Positions 52,451 through 64,000 of a stretch of 64,000 nucleotides of DNA are shown here, piece after piece. The notes beneath the pieces were generated by a model. That model made no database searches. It saw nothing but the letters and a program-made list of their open reading frames with translations, and had not been told where the DNA came from. The stretch lies in the IMG/VR virus record IMGVR_UViG_2595698451_000001, positions 91,632-155,631 of that record. The stretch is one strand, 5' to 3'. Made by a program: the position numbers and the translations under genes. The stretch comes from a virus (taxonomy: Duplodnaviria; Caudoviricetes). The stretch's first letter is position 1, and every line of letters begins with the position of its first letter.

Positions 52451-52569
52451 CTAATAAAATAACAGATACTATAGAAGTTGTCAAGTATCGAAAAATTTTT
52501 AAAAAGGTGTTGACTTTCAATCAATACCCTGATATACTTAAGACATACCAAACAAGGGAGGAAAGTAGA

Positions 52570-55500
52570 ATGGATTACAAGGGTAGTTACGGAAAAGTAG
52601 TAAAAGTCAGGGTTGATAAGGACTTAGATGGAGGGTCTGTAAACACCAACCTCCTACATGTTGTGACATCCTACATTGACAGGGATGACAGGGTTGTGGG
52701 GGTTTATCCACTAGAACCGAATGGGTTTACCAGAGACGAGTTACTGAGCATTCAGCCATATGCACATGAAGTTTGCACTGATGATTTGGAGTTAGCGGAG
52801 TAAGAACGTAACTTCCACTCTAAAAAACTTTAAAAAGGGTGTTGACTTTAAATCAATACCCTGATATACTTAAGTTATAGCAAGGAAACATTACATAAAA
52901 CAAAAAGGGAGAGGTTAACATGGAAAACAAGAAAATGAGTACAGAGGAAATTTATGCAGCGGTACAGAACATTTTAGGGCAGCACTCTTACGTAGAGGAC
53001 AACGGAGACGGAACATACGCAGTAGAGGTTTATGTATACCCTTATGACAGGTTAAGAGATACCCAGTTAGAAGCTATTTCACAGGCAGATAACCTACACG
53101 AGGCGTTTATCGAGTCATTAGACGAGTACGTTTTCGAGTGGGAGGGGTATGCTAAATCTGCATTGTTTGATGATATTAAAAGTGAATGGGATGAAGAAAA
53201 ACACGGATACTTTGGAGATGTTAGAGATGCTGTCATAGACTTTCTTGATACAAATGTACATGCGGATTTCTCTTATAACCATTTCTTACAACAAAAGGTA
53301 CTAGTTAACCTTGTGGTAGACGCAGGAGATGCGAAATATGACTACACACTAAACAGCTTTGCAAACGTCCATTACTATGATGATGATCAGTTATCACCGG
53401 AAAGCGGTCTTGTATGGTTAGTAAAACAGCAAGGGCACAGTGTAGAAGAATTGATTGACGTGATCAACAGTGAAGAAGGGAACGGAAATAAGTTTATTGA
53501 TTCTATTGTAAATGAATCGGCTAATGTTACAACTTCAATGAACGCACTGGCATTCAGTGTACAAATGAGTTTGGAGGACTTCATCAAGATTAAAGAAAAC
53601 AAAGTTGATCTGACTTTAGGAAAGAGTACAACAGCAGGGCTTACAGATTACTGGAATGGCGCTGGAAGCCTGCATGACATTCAGCTCGATAAAGACGTTG
53701 TTCTACCACATAACATGTATGATGCTCATATTGATGGAGCACGGGGATATGGAATTATGGAGATATATAGTGTAGGCTCTGACTTTTGGACTGACACGGT
53801 TGTCTCTATGGAGGTGAAAGGCAATGAGTAACTTTACGTTACTACCTGTAAATGATATTGTAGAGCTATACTCTTCCTGTTTAAGGGAGGGTATAGCAGA
53901 CCAAGAGGAAAAGAACTACAGAACAAAAGATGGCAGTATAACCGTTATCGTGTCTCCTTCTAACCATTACATTGAAGCGTATTCTAAACATATTAGAGTG
54001 GTACGGTTATACTTTATGAGAGATAACATTACATGGGAAGGTGCAATAACAGGAGAAAGCGAAAAATATCACCTTGTAGACTTAGCGGCGGCATTGACTT
54101 TGTCCTCCAAGTATGAGATAATCAAAATTGAAAAGGGGTTGTATTTTAATGTTCAATAGGAGTAACCCTGCACCTAAAGATACTGAGGTTGGGCAAATTG
54201 TCACTAACTTATTACACACTTCTTTCTTTACAGGATATCGTACAGATAGCGGCTATTACTACCGGACACGACAGAAGAACACGACAGAAGCAGGACGAAT
54301 AGAAACAAGGGACGATGTTATCACTTTATTTCAGAAAGTGGACCAAGAAATTACCAATAATTTTCCAGCATGGGGAGCATGGGACCGCTCTTCTGGGAAT
54401 GTTTACCTATTCAGCCTTGTACACGGAGATATACTGACTGTAAGAAAGGGAAAGGTTATACAGCTGGAAGAACCTGCACTGCCTTTCTTTACAAAGGCAT
54501 CCTTCTTCTCCTATATCGACAATCTGAGTGTGTAAAAAGTTTTTAAAAAAGTATTGACTTTAAATCAATACGCTGGTATACTGTAAGTACAGAAGGGAGA
54601 GGAGGAAAACAAATGACATTATCTAATGATAAACAAGTAGATCTGTTGGTTGCGCTTCTAGACTGTTATCCTAATGATCTAACAGCACTAGAGGGTTGCC
54701 GGATTCCTATGCTCGACATTGTGGAAAGGGCGGTAGAGACTGCCGCAGAAACAGGTACAGAGGTTGACCTTAATACACTTACATGGGCTATGTTTGACAT
54801 TGCCAAGAGGGAGATACAGGACTATATTAGCACTACTGTAGACTCTTACCGCTTTGCCTTAAAAGAAGGTGGGCATCCTGAGATTGAGGAGGAATGGCTT
54901 AAAGAAGCGATAACCGCCGGAGAGCATCTAAACATCTTTTGGGACACAAACAGTAGCCATATCGGATCAGAAGTGGAGATACATTTTGTTAACAATGCTG
55001 ATAAGTACAAGAAATACTTTGAGAGCGCACTAGATCACTTTGAGGTTCTAACAGGTTATCGGATTGAGGACGCAGAATAAAAAAAAAACTTTATAAAGGG
55101 TGTTGACTTTAAATCAATACCCTGATATACTTAAGATATACCAAGTGAGGGAGAGATTAAAATGAACGAAAAGTATATTACACTGGAAGGATACAATGAC
55201 CGTACAGTAAAGTTTTCTAAAGCATGGTTAGAAATGGCAGTGGCGCCTGACACCTTAGAGGACTTCTTAGATGAGTATACTTGAGACGATACAGAGTATT
55301 TAGAAAGATGGTATCTAAATTACTTAGGGCAACTTTAGCATTAAAAATTATAAAGTCGCATATACTGTACTAATAAAGTGAGGAGGTATACACGGTGAAT
55401 TTAAATGGTATCGGTGCTCTATTGTGGCTAATCTGTGGGGTTGTGGTTTTGTTCTTCTTAATCAATATCTACCCGTTTACAATCATCTTACTGTTCTGTA

Positions 55501-58499
55501 TTGTTATCCCTGCCATTGCGGGCTGGGTATGGACAGGACAACGGATAGAGCGGGAGAGACAGGTGGAAGATGAGTTTCAGCGTCTACAAGAGGAAAATGA
55601 GCGGCTTAAAAGAGAGTTAGACAAAGACAAATAATTTTTTTTTTAGAAAAGTGGTTGACGTGTAGTCAACATGTAGCACTGGCAGAAATAAACGGCATAT
55701 CCTATGAGTTTTTTTTGAGGGATGCCTACAGGATAACGTTATCTTTTATGATGCTGGGGATATCCATATGGCGGTGTGAGTGCAACATACGTTATTGTAA
55801 AAGAGAAATATAGGAATGAGTGGTCAAGCGATCCTGTAGCTATCCTAACGGACTCGTTTGAAGAGGTACAGGACTTTGAAGAGGTTGTGAACATGTTCTA
55901 AAAATATGTTGACTTAAAATCAACTAGATGTTACAATGAAGTTAAGATAAAATAAAGGAGAGATAAGAATGAAGCAACTAGATTTAGACCTAGTAAGAAG
56001 TTTACAGCGTCTGACACAATTAAAGGATGCAGGATGGAAGTTCCTACCGGAAGGAGAGACAGGGTACTACCTAGCCGTAAAACAAGATCAAGTGGTTGTT
56101 ATAGAGGAACTGAACGACCTACAGGAATGTATGCAGGTTGAGAATAAAATGAATGTAGGAGGGGTTGCATAATGGGTTACGTTGCGGTATTAACCACAGA
56201 GGTACAGGAAGGACAGCAGAGCCTAGCCTTAAATGAGGAGCAGGCAATGGCTCTCTATATGCATATTGGTTCCTATGAGGGAAAGATCAATAGATACGCC
56301 AATCCACAGAACTGGGGTAAGTGGGATAAATACACTAGATTAAAGCGTAAAATACTACAGTGGCAACAAAATATATAGTACATAAGACCTACAAAAATAT
56401 ATAAAAAATATGTTGACAGGGTGTCAATAACTTGATAAGATTAAGGTATAGAAAGGAGCTAATAAATGAATATCGACATAGAAGCACTACAGCGGCGTAT
56501 AGAGAGCCGTACAGGGCAAAGGGTAGACATAGTATTCGTAAACTACATAAAGCCGCACACGACATCACAGATTGAATTTAGCCACTACAAGAAATTAGAA
56601 CACCAATTAAAAGAGACAGGGGAGAAGTTAAATGACAACTAAACTTAGCTTAGAGGTAGCCTTGGACAACGCATTCTGCATCATGAGTGAACATGCTAAT
56701 CTAGAAGAAGGCTACCAAGCCGCCTTTAAGTATCTATATAACTGCCCGTTGCCTCCTAGGACACGAAGCAAATCCTTCAGGGAGTTGGAAGCCGAATTTA
56801 ATAGGGCACACACTGAGGAAGGTTTTCAGCAAGTATATGACGCAAAATAATTTTCAAAAACCTGTTGACTTTAAATCAATAACAGTATATAATAAAATTA
56901 ACAAATCAAAGGGAGAGATTAAAATGAAAAATGTAACAGCTTACCTATTAGCCGAAGTAACTACTCAAGAGGAGCTTAATAGATTAACGACTACCGCAGA
57001 CCATTTGTTCGCAGATCAGGAAGATATGGGACACCCAGACAGTAACTTGTCCTCCTTCTTGGATGACGTAGTCACGCTTTTGGAGAGCCTTGGAGGAAGA
57101 GTAGAGGGTGTGGAGTATAAAGAAGAAAAATAAAAATCAAAAACATGTTGACAATAAATCAATAACAGTATATAATAAAATTAACAAATCAAAGGGAGAG
57201 ATTAAAATGACAATCAAATTCACAGACGGTATCAAAGAAGAGTTACTAGACCGGGTTGAACACTTTGAGAACGATCTTATGGAAAATCACATGTTCGATA
57301 TGCGGGAGGATGCTAAAGCAGATATAAAGTATCTTAAGTACGGAATTAAAAGAGAGAATGTAGACATTATACGTGCGGTATACGCACTCACACACGATGA
57401 TAGCGTTTGCGCCTTTGTAGCCGACCTCCTAGAAGTACTAGCTAGAAATACGAACTGGGAGGAGGGTAGCCATGAGTAAAAGTAAAAAGATGCCGCTCAT
57501 TGATATCATAGGTACTCTTCATAACTCAATAGACATGTGTAAGAAAGCCTACGGCGGGTGTAACTACATGGAAATGTCCGTACCCTTATACGAACTATAT
57601 AAGAGCTTAATGATTCCTTTCATTTACGGAGATACCTTTGTAGGGTCAGTACAGGACATAAGAGAACGAGTAGAAATAATTCTTACAGATCACAAAGGGT
57701 ACCACTGGAAGGCTTTAAAAGAAAAAGACGGGCAAGGAATAGGAATGACATTAAAATAGAGATAAGATAACAAGGGGGAGGTTAAACAATGGATACTCTG
57801 CATTTAAGTGTCTTACAACTAGGCGGGGAATTATACCACGATTGGCGGCAATTGAATGAAAATCCGAGAATCGTTACTTCATTCAAATACTTATTAGATC
57901 AAAACATGTTAGAGGAGTATAAAAACGTATTAGAGCAAGGGTTTGTTCTTGAAAGAATGGATTTTATGAGACTATCTACAGATTCAGAAGAGGATTACAA
58001 TGATTCATTAGAATGCTTCTTTGACGCTATAAACTATTATACATCAATCCCTTCAGTTCCTAGGATAGTTAAATAATGAAAATTGTATTGACTGTAAGAC
58101 AATGAGTGTGTATAATAAAAGCAGGGTAGATGCGATTATTCTATAAGGAAAGAGGGAATAACAATGACAGAGCATAAGAAATTCCGTTCTACATCGTATA
58201 GAGACTTATTAGAAGTATTTAAAGATGAGTACACAATCCACGTCACAATAAGTATATGGACGTACCGCAGTAAACGAAAGAAGTTTATCATTCCGCTCTC
58301 TAGCACATATAGCCACTTTGACAATGATCTAAACTTTACCTATAAGGACAAAGACTTTGTATTCGAAACAGTAGAGGGCAAGCAACACAAATTTCACTTC
58401 ACAGAACTAAAGACAGTTAAGGTAGATCATATTGAACTGATACCGCCGCTAGACTATATAAATGTTAGTATCGTTTCAGATAATGGGGAGGAGAAATAA
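52570..58499 (+). CDS. Early/host-takeover genes (52570-52803, 52920-53831, 53824-54159, 54128-54535, 54613-55080, 55969-56172, 56172-56378, 56632-56850, 56924-57133, 57207-57479, 57472-57759, 57789-58076, 58164-58499)
   Basis: Short, often acidic ORFs, each or each pair behind a repeat promoter and GGGAG RBS; starts corrected to the RBS. Confidence 0.75.
55162..55338 (+). pseudogene. Early gene with in-frame TGA at 55282
   Basis: ...FLDEYT*DDTEYLERWY...; frame continues after the stop (TGG>TGA or an error). Confidence 0.55.
55395..55634 (+). CDS. Two-TM membrane protein with coiled-coil tail
   Basis: GAGGAGG RBS; preceded by sigmaE-like GCATT-16-CATATACT. Confidence 0.75.
   Translation: MNLNGIGALLWLICGVVVLFFLINIYPFTIILLFCIVIPAIAGWVWTGQRIERERQVEDEFQRLQEENERLKRELDKDK
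55655..55902 (+). pseudogene. Decapitated cassette: -35 palindrome fused to a gene body
   Basis: TTGACGTGTAGTCAAC with no -10, RBS or start codon following. Confidence 0.55.
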
Positions 58500-58982
58500 C
58501 AATGACAGAGTGTAATAAATTCAAACCAACTGACATGTTTTGGCGTATACTCGATGAAGGGGCGGAAGTGGATAACAGGAAGGATTGGTCTATAGATGCT
58601 CAGATCAATAAGCGTGTAGAACAATACAGACATATATGGAGAAGTAATTACTAGGGAACAGCTATTAACCCTTATAAAAGAATGTTCTCTCTATATAGAA
58701 GAAGCATTAGAGACACTACACCCAGACACAGAGGAATATATGGACTTACTTACTCATATAGAAGCGTTACACTATAAGGGGAAACTTTATGTTATGCACT
58801 CTAGTGAATACTTTAATGGACTAGAGAACAGACAAACAGACTAAAGACAAATTGAAAACAGTCGAACCCTTTAGCAGACTAAAGGCAATTGAACCCCAGG
58901 TGTGTAAATCGAGTCCGCTTCATGCTAGACTTTATTGTTCGCATCTTGTGGAGGGGGCGGCGGGAGAATTTTCATTATTCTA

Positions 58983-58997
58983 AATATTCTGACAATT
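58983..58997. promoter_or_regulatory. CodY-box-like site
   Basis: AATATTCTGACAATT, 2 mismatches to AATTTTCWGAAAATT; exact inverted copy at 59765-59779. Confidence 0.55.
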
Positions 58998-59527
58998 CAA
59001 GGGGGCGCATATAAATGTTAGACCATCCCTTCGTCAGAATACCGCTCATCCTTCTCAGATTGCCCTGTAAGACGTTTTAATAATAATCGAGTATATTTAG
59101 CCCTAAACAGGTTAAAACGGCTTAAAACGCATTTAAATAGCAAATATTTTTCTATAATAAGTGTTGACATAACATATAGACCATGTTACACTATAGTTAC
59201 AGTAAGATATACGATACATACTATAAGGAGGTGAGGGTAAGTGGCACGCAACCAAACTGACAAATCTAAAAAGTAATTAGCAACCCGTATGCAAAGTAAC
59301 GTCTCGACTATTGACTTATATTTGACTTTTAATTAGGGGATCGTTTCTTGATAGCTCATTAACGATTAACGATTCATGTACTGCCTTGGGTTGGTGGAGG
59401 GTAAGCCGCTCTTCACCAAATTTTTTATAAAAAGGTATTGACAGTTAGTCAACATACATAGTATAATAAAAGTATAAAAAGATACTGGTGAGCTATGCAG
59501 GGGACGCATATAAAGGGGTGAATAAGG

Positions 59528-62500
59528 ATGAAGGCTTATGATGAATATACAGTAGGTCATTTCACGGTTGTAATGCGGCGGGGCAGTGGCGGCTATGTAG
59601 GTCACTATACTGATCATAGTAGTGGCTCAACATATTCCTTCCATGCAGAGGGGATGACACGTAAGCAGGTACTTAAGAGGTTTTGGAATCGTATTAAATA
59701 GTAGCTCATTTTGTAGTAGCTCTGGAATCACTAGGTATACCGGAGCTACGGCGGGCTACTGGTTAATTGTCAGAATATTTTTATTTCTTAAGAGCGGTTG
59801 ACTTGTGGTCAATGGGGTGATATACTAAAGGTGTACTAAAAACGAGGAGGAATTTTACAATGACTAAACACATTCAGTTAAAAGCAGGAAAACACAGTAT
59901 GTTTGCAGAGGAGACTGACCACGGTTTAGAATTAAGTCTAGAAGGTGAAACGGTTGCCGTATTAGAATATGATGAGGAATCTAAATCATTTAAGCTGTAT
60001 GCATATGGTGATGATGACGAACCTGCCTTCACTCATGAGTATAAGCTCTAAAAAAGAAATTAAAAAGGGTGTTGACTTTAAATCAATACCCTGATATACT
60101 TAAGACATACCAATAAGGGGGGGCTACATAATGAAACAGAGTTTAGAAACATGGAAAAACATTTTTAGAAACCTAGAGGAAGCGGGAGAGCAACTAGAAG
60201 TTATATGGTTAGAGGGTAGTGATGAATGGTGTCTATGTGCAGGTACAGAACTATTTGAAGATGGTTTTAAAACAGAGGATGAAGCAAACGACCGACTAGA
60301 ATATCTAGAGAAAACACTTCTCTAAAAAAGAAATTAAAAAGGGTGTTGACTTTAAATCAATACGATGATATACTTAAATCATACCAAACAAGGGAGAGAG
60401 TAAAATGGAAAAAGTTAAAGCTTACTTACTAGATAACATGGAAGAACTAAAGGACGTTGTAAGAGAGGTTAACAGCTGGAATAATGAACTTGAACATCTA
60501 GACTATCAGTATAACGATGAGGAATTCTTTAATGTTTTCTTTGAAGGTAAACCGATGGAAGCAGTGCGGGCGGCTACATACGGTGACTACCGCTATACGG
60601 ATGACTATGTTAAATTCGATGGTTACAGTAACCTAGTGAGCGTGTCAGAATACGACATGGAAGAAGAGTTAAAAGAAAACATTGAGGAGATCATGGACGC
60701 ATTAGAAAGCAACCTCCCTAACCTAACACTAAGCGATGAACTAACAGCGCTCATTAATGAAGAGGAGGAGGAGGAAGAAGAGGAGGAGGAATAATCCTTC
60801 TCTTTTTTCTAAAAATGTGTTGACACTAAGTCAATAATCTGATATACTTAAGTCATACCAAACAAGGGAGCGGTTAAAATGATAGGGTATAAGGGTAGAG
60901 AAGTGAAAAACGGTTGTTCTTCTAAAGTGTACTACAACCTGCATAAACACACATTCAGCGTCCAGCAGTGTGGCTTGGTGGTTCTTCATTCTGATACTGT
61001 TGTACTGACTGACGTTGAGTTCACAGTAAGAGAATCAGGGCGGCAACGTGTACTAAGGGAGAAGCGGAAAAATGTTCATGCTTTTGTAACTGGGTTTCTG
61101 TCCCTAGAACCTGTCTATCTCCCTAGCGGCTACAAAGAAGCAACTTACAATCCATATCTATATGATTCTTTTGTAGACAAGGAAACAGGACAGCGGATCA
61201 ACAAGGCTGATAAAGTGATCTTGAAAGACAAGAAAATATTTTATAAAAAGGGTTGACAGTCAGTCAATAAGCTGACATACTTAAGACATACCAAACAGGA
61301 GGTACATACATAATGACAACACTAGCAGGATATCGGGTAGACAATTGTAATGGATGCGGCAAGGTTTATCTTGTAGAAGAATCAAGGGACAGAAAGAAAT
61401 GTGAAGGTTGTGCAAAATAGGTGTTGACTTTTCGTCAATATGGTGTTATACTTATCTCATACATAAACTAATTGGAGGTATGCAGGATGTTAAAACGCTA
61501 CTACGCTATGCTTAATCGTTATTTCTTTTGTCTTGAAGATGGTGAAGAGGTGGAAGCGGTAGACGCTAAACTATTCTATGGTGTCATTGGTGGTACTATC
61601 TGTATTCTGCTGTTTATTATCGCTATTACATGGGGCAAACTGCCACTATGAAAAGGCTATGGAAGCGGCTGACACGTAGGAAGGTGCTGACGGTAGACGA
61701 ATACTGTTCACAGGTTAATACAATCTGTGAGCGGTATGACCAGTCATTAAAACGATTATTAGAAAAGTGTTGACTTTGCGTCAACGTCCTGTTATACTTT
61801 AACTATACCAAATAGGGAGGGAGTTATGATGGGACTGAAAACAACTAGTCAATGTGTGGCAACTGCTAAAGAGCTATTAGTCAGTGCGAGAAGTATTAAA
61901 AGTCAATGGGAGCATGCTGCATGGTGGGATCAGAAAGTAGAGCTATTTTGGATCATTCAAGATGCTTTAGAATCTGGAAGGTTTACAGGTGAAGCCTATG
62001 ACGAACTATGGCAGGCTAAACACATCCTAAATGAAGCGGAAAGCGTTGCTGGAAGGTATGCGAACGATTGACAGTGTAAGGCGTTACCATTAAAGGATAT
62101 GGCGCCTAGACAGGGAATGCAAGTGTTATTTGAAGGCATTACTGTTCAGATAGCAAGCAGGCGTTTGAATGGGTTCTATAAGGCTGTTGTCCTTTATGGT
62201 GACGATATGGAATACTTTGAAGGCGATATAATTCAGCTACATGAGGAAACACTCGTAAAAAAAGTTTTAAATATGGGTTGACTTCTAGTCAACTCATACG
62301 GTATACTTGAACTAACAAATTAAAGGGAGAGATCAATTATGATAGGTGAAAGCAGAACAGAGTTAACTCCAGTTTATGACAGACGTAACAGCTTCTATAA
62401 AAAAGGCTTGGGGTATTAGAGAGTGAAGGTGTTAAACAGCTATTGTCTTACCAAACGATTGTAGCAGAGATCAGGAACGGCAAAGCTGAAGTGTTCGGGA

Positions 62501-63884
62501 CACACTCAAGTACAACTTTAAGACACATTAAAGATTTTTTATACCAAAATGGGTTTGAAATTGGGACTAAAAAAGAAATTGAAAAAATGTATATTATGGG
62601 TTGACTTCTGGTCAACTCATATGGTATCATTATAACTGTAAAGAACATTACATACTAAAAACAAGGGAGCGATTTTATTATGACAAACACTAACATTCAA
62701 TGGGCGGTTAACATTCTTGAGGACAACATGGAAGGCATGAGCAAAGAGGAAAAAATCAATTACCTAGAGGACGTTACATCATATGGTTGTGTGCTCTGGT
62801 TGTGTCAGCGGGACTATTTACTACTCTGAGCTAGATGCCATTTTCACAGCACACCTGCACGACATCCTAGGGCGGCTGGATGAGATCAAAGAAGAACACG
62901 ACTATGACGTTCTTCACGAATACATGGAAAGACAGAATAAAGGGTATACGGATTTTGCTGAAAGTGCTGTTTGGCTTATCGTTGAGAACACAGCAAGCCG
63001 CCTTCTAGCAGACCTAGAGAACGAGGAGGAAGAAGAGGAGGAATAATCCTTCTCTTTTTTCTAAAAAGGTGTTGACTATCTGTCAATAAGGTGATATACT
63101 TAAGACATACCAAAACAGGAGGGAGCGATTTTACTATGAAAACACTACATATGAACACTTGGGCGGTTGAATACTTACTGGCACACGTTGACGGCGTATC
63201 ATTTGAGGAAGGTACAGCAAAGCTTGAATACATTGTCAAATACGGTTCAGACCATGTGCTTACAGAGATAGAAAAATACGAGGATAAAACATATGATGAC
63301 CTATTCCGGGAACACTTTGAAGCGATTCTAAAGGAACTAGCGTTAACAGGTAGAGAGCACACAGTGAAGAACTGTTCTATCACTAGCATTCCTTACTATT
63401 CGGTAATGTACATCCTAGAGCTTAAAGCGGAACAGATGCTTGATGGTCATCACGGCTGGTGTGATCATGAATCGATTCAGGAGGACATCAGGGGTTCATA
63501 CGAGCGGGTCACAGTCTGTGCTAAATGTGGGCAGGAATTATAAGAGCGGCAACGCTCTTTTTTTTTATGATTAGTGTTGACTTTAAGACAATAAGGTGAT
63601 ATACTAAAGACATACCAAATCAGGAGGGAATACACATGACAATGGATATACAAGCGTTACTAGATAAGCTGGAGGACATGCAGGATACACGCAATGATCT
63701 AATGGCACAATATGAGGAGACAGGAGCGGCTGAACTGTTAGACGCTATAGAGGAGCTTGATCAGGATATAGAGGAGCTACACACAGACATAGAGATCATG
63801 CAGGAGAATGAGCCATACGCACACATGACCACAATGCAAAGGGAAATGAAACTGAATGGATTGAGTCAAGCGGATTTCATTTGA
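59528..63884 (+). CDS. Early genes, probable terminal-repeat region (59528-59701, 59860-60051, 60131-60325, 60405-60794, 60879-61256, 61826-62071, 62099-62281, 62680-63046 frameshifted, 63136-63543, 63636-63884)
   Basis: One promoter cassette per gene; many strongly acidic. Confidence 0.75.
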
Positions 63885-64000
63885 GGGCGGCGGGTTCGCT
63901 CTCTTTCTTATTAGTGTGAATAGTCAGACTATTCTGTCAAACCCCTCCCCGTACCTTTTTTTCCCATAAACGACAAGGTACCCTAGCCACCTCTCTACCC

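Larger units (their letters stand above)
52093..63630 (+). promoter_or_regulatory. Array of more than 20 related sigmaA promoter-RBS cassettes
   Basis: Consensus about AAAAAGGGTGTTGACTTTAA(A/G)TCAATACCCTGATATACTTAAGACATACCAAACAAGGGAG; TTGAC at 52093, 52510, 52842, 54554, 55103, 55655, 55909, 56413, 56865, 57148, 58088, 59438, 59798, 60072, 60346, 60820, 61253, 61424, 61770, 62278, 62601, 63072, 63577. Confidence 0.92.

Noticed and set aside
55282-55284. TGA recoding or alternative genetic code
   Set aside because: Single instance; TGA is a normal stop throughout the window and no suppressor tRNA is visible
487-63389. Most minus-strand ORFs in the supplied track
   Set aside because: Antisense shadows of + strand genes without RBSs; only the HNH at 37580-38131 and the untracked 38729-38890 have expression signals
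1-64000. tRNA or rRNA genes
   Set aside because: No cloverleaf with a T-loop GTTCGA signature was recognised by eye; tRNAscan-SE would be needed to exclude them formally

Overview
A 64-kb stretch of a large lytic Bacillus myophage genome (Herelleviridae, SPO1/Bastille-like; inferred from gene content and order), almost entirely + strand. 1-15.7 kb is nucleotide metabolism and replication: class Ib nrdE split by two group I introns, nrdF, a thioredoxin-like redoxin, HU, a UDG-fused family A DNA polymerase whose single group I intron carries two homing endonucleases, an SSB-like protein, RecA and a phage sigma factor. 15.7-36 kb holds a holin, phosphoesterases, many hypotheticals, a SigF/SigG-like sigma factor and a GH32 levanase. 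The most striking part is 36-43.2 kb, a plasmid-like module: ParM-like actin, ParR-like adaptor, TTCCC repeat array, M23 peptidase, pilin-like and VirB6-like membrane proteins, and an FtsK/SpoIIIE ATPase. It is preceded by a sigmaE-type promoter and contains a minus-strand 53-codon gene, absent from the ORF track, behind a near-consensus sigmaG promoter. I infer a phage system that moves DNA into the developing spore. 43-64 kb is an early/host-takeover region with more than 20 repeated sigmaA promoter-RBS cassettes carrying a TTGAC-N5-(G/A)TCAA palindrome, a dispersed TAGTAGCTC repeat family, a candidate sRNA, CodY-like boxes and a probable terminal-repeat boundary. Single-base indels in conserved genes (nrdF, recA and others) look like assembly errors. 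All family calls come from motif recognition by eye; no database searches were run.
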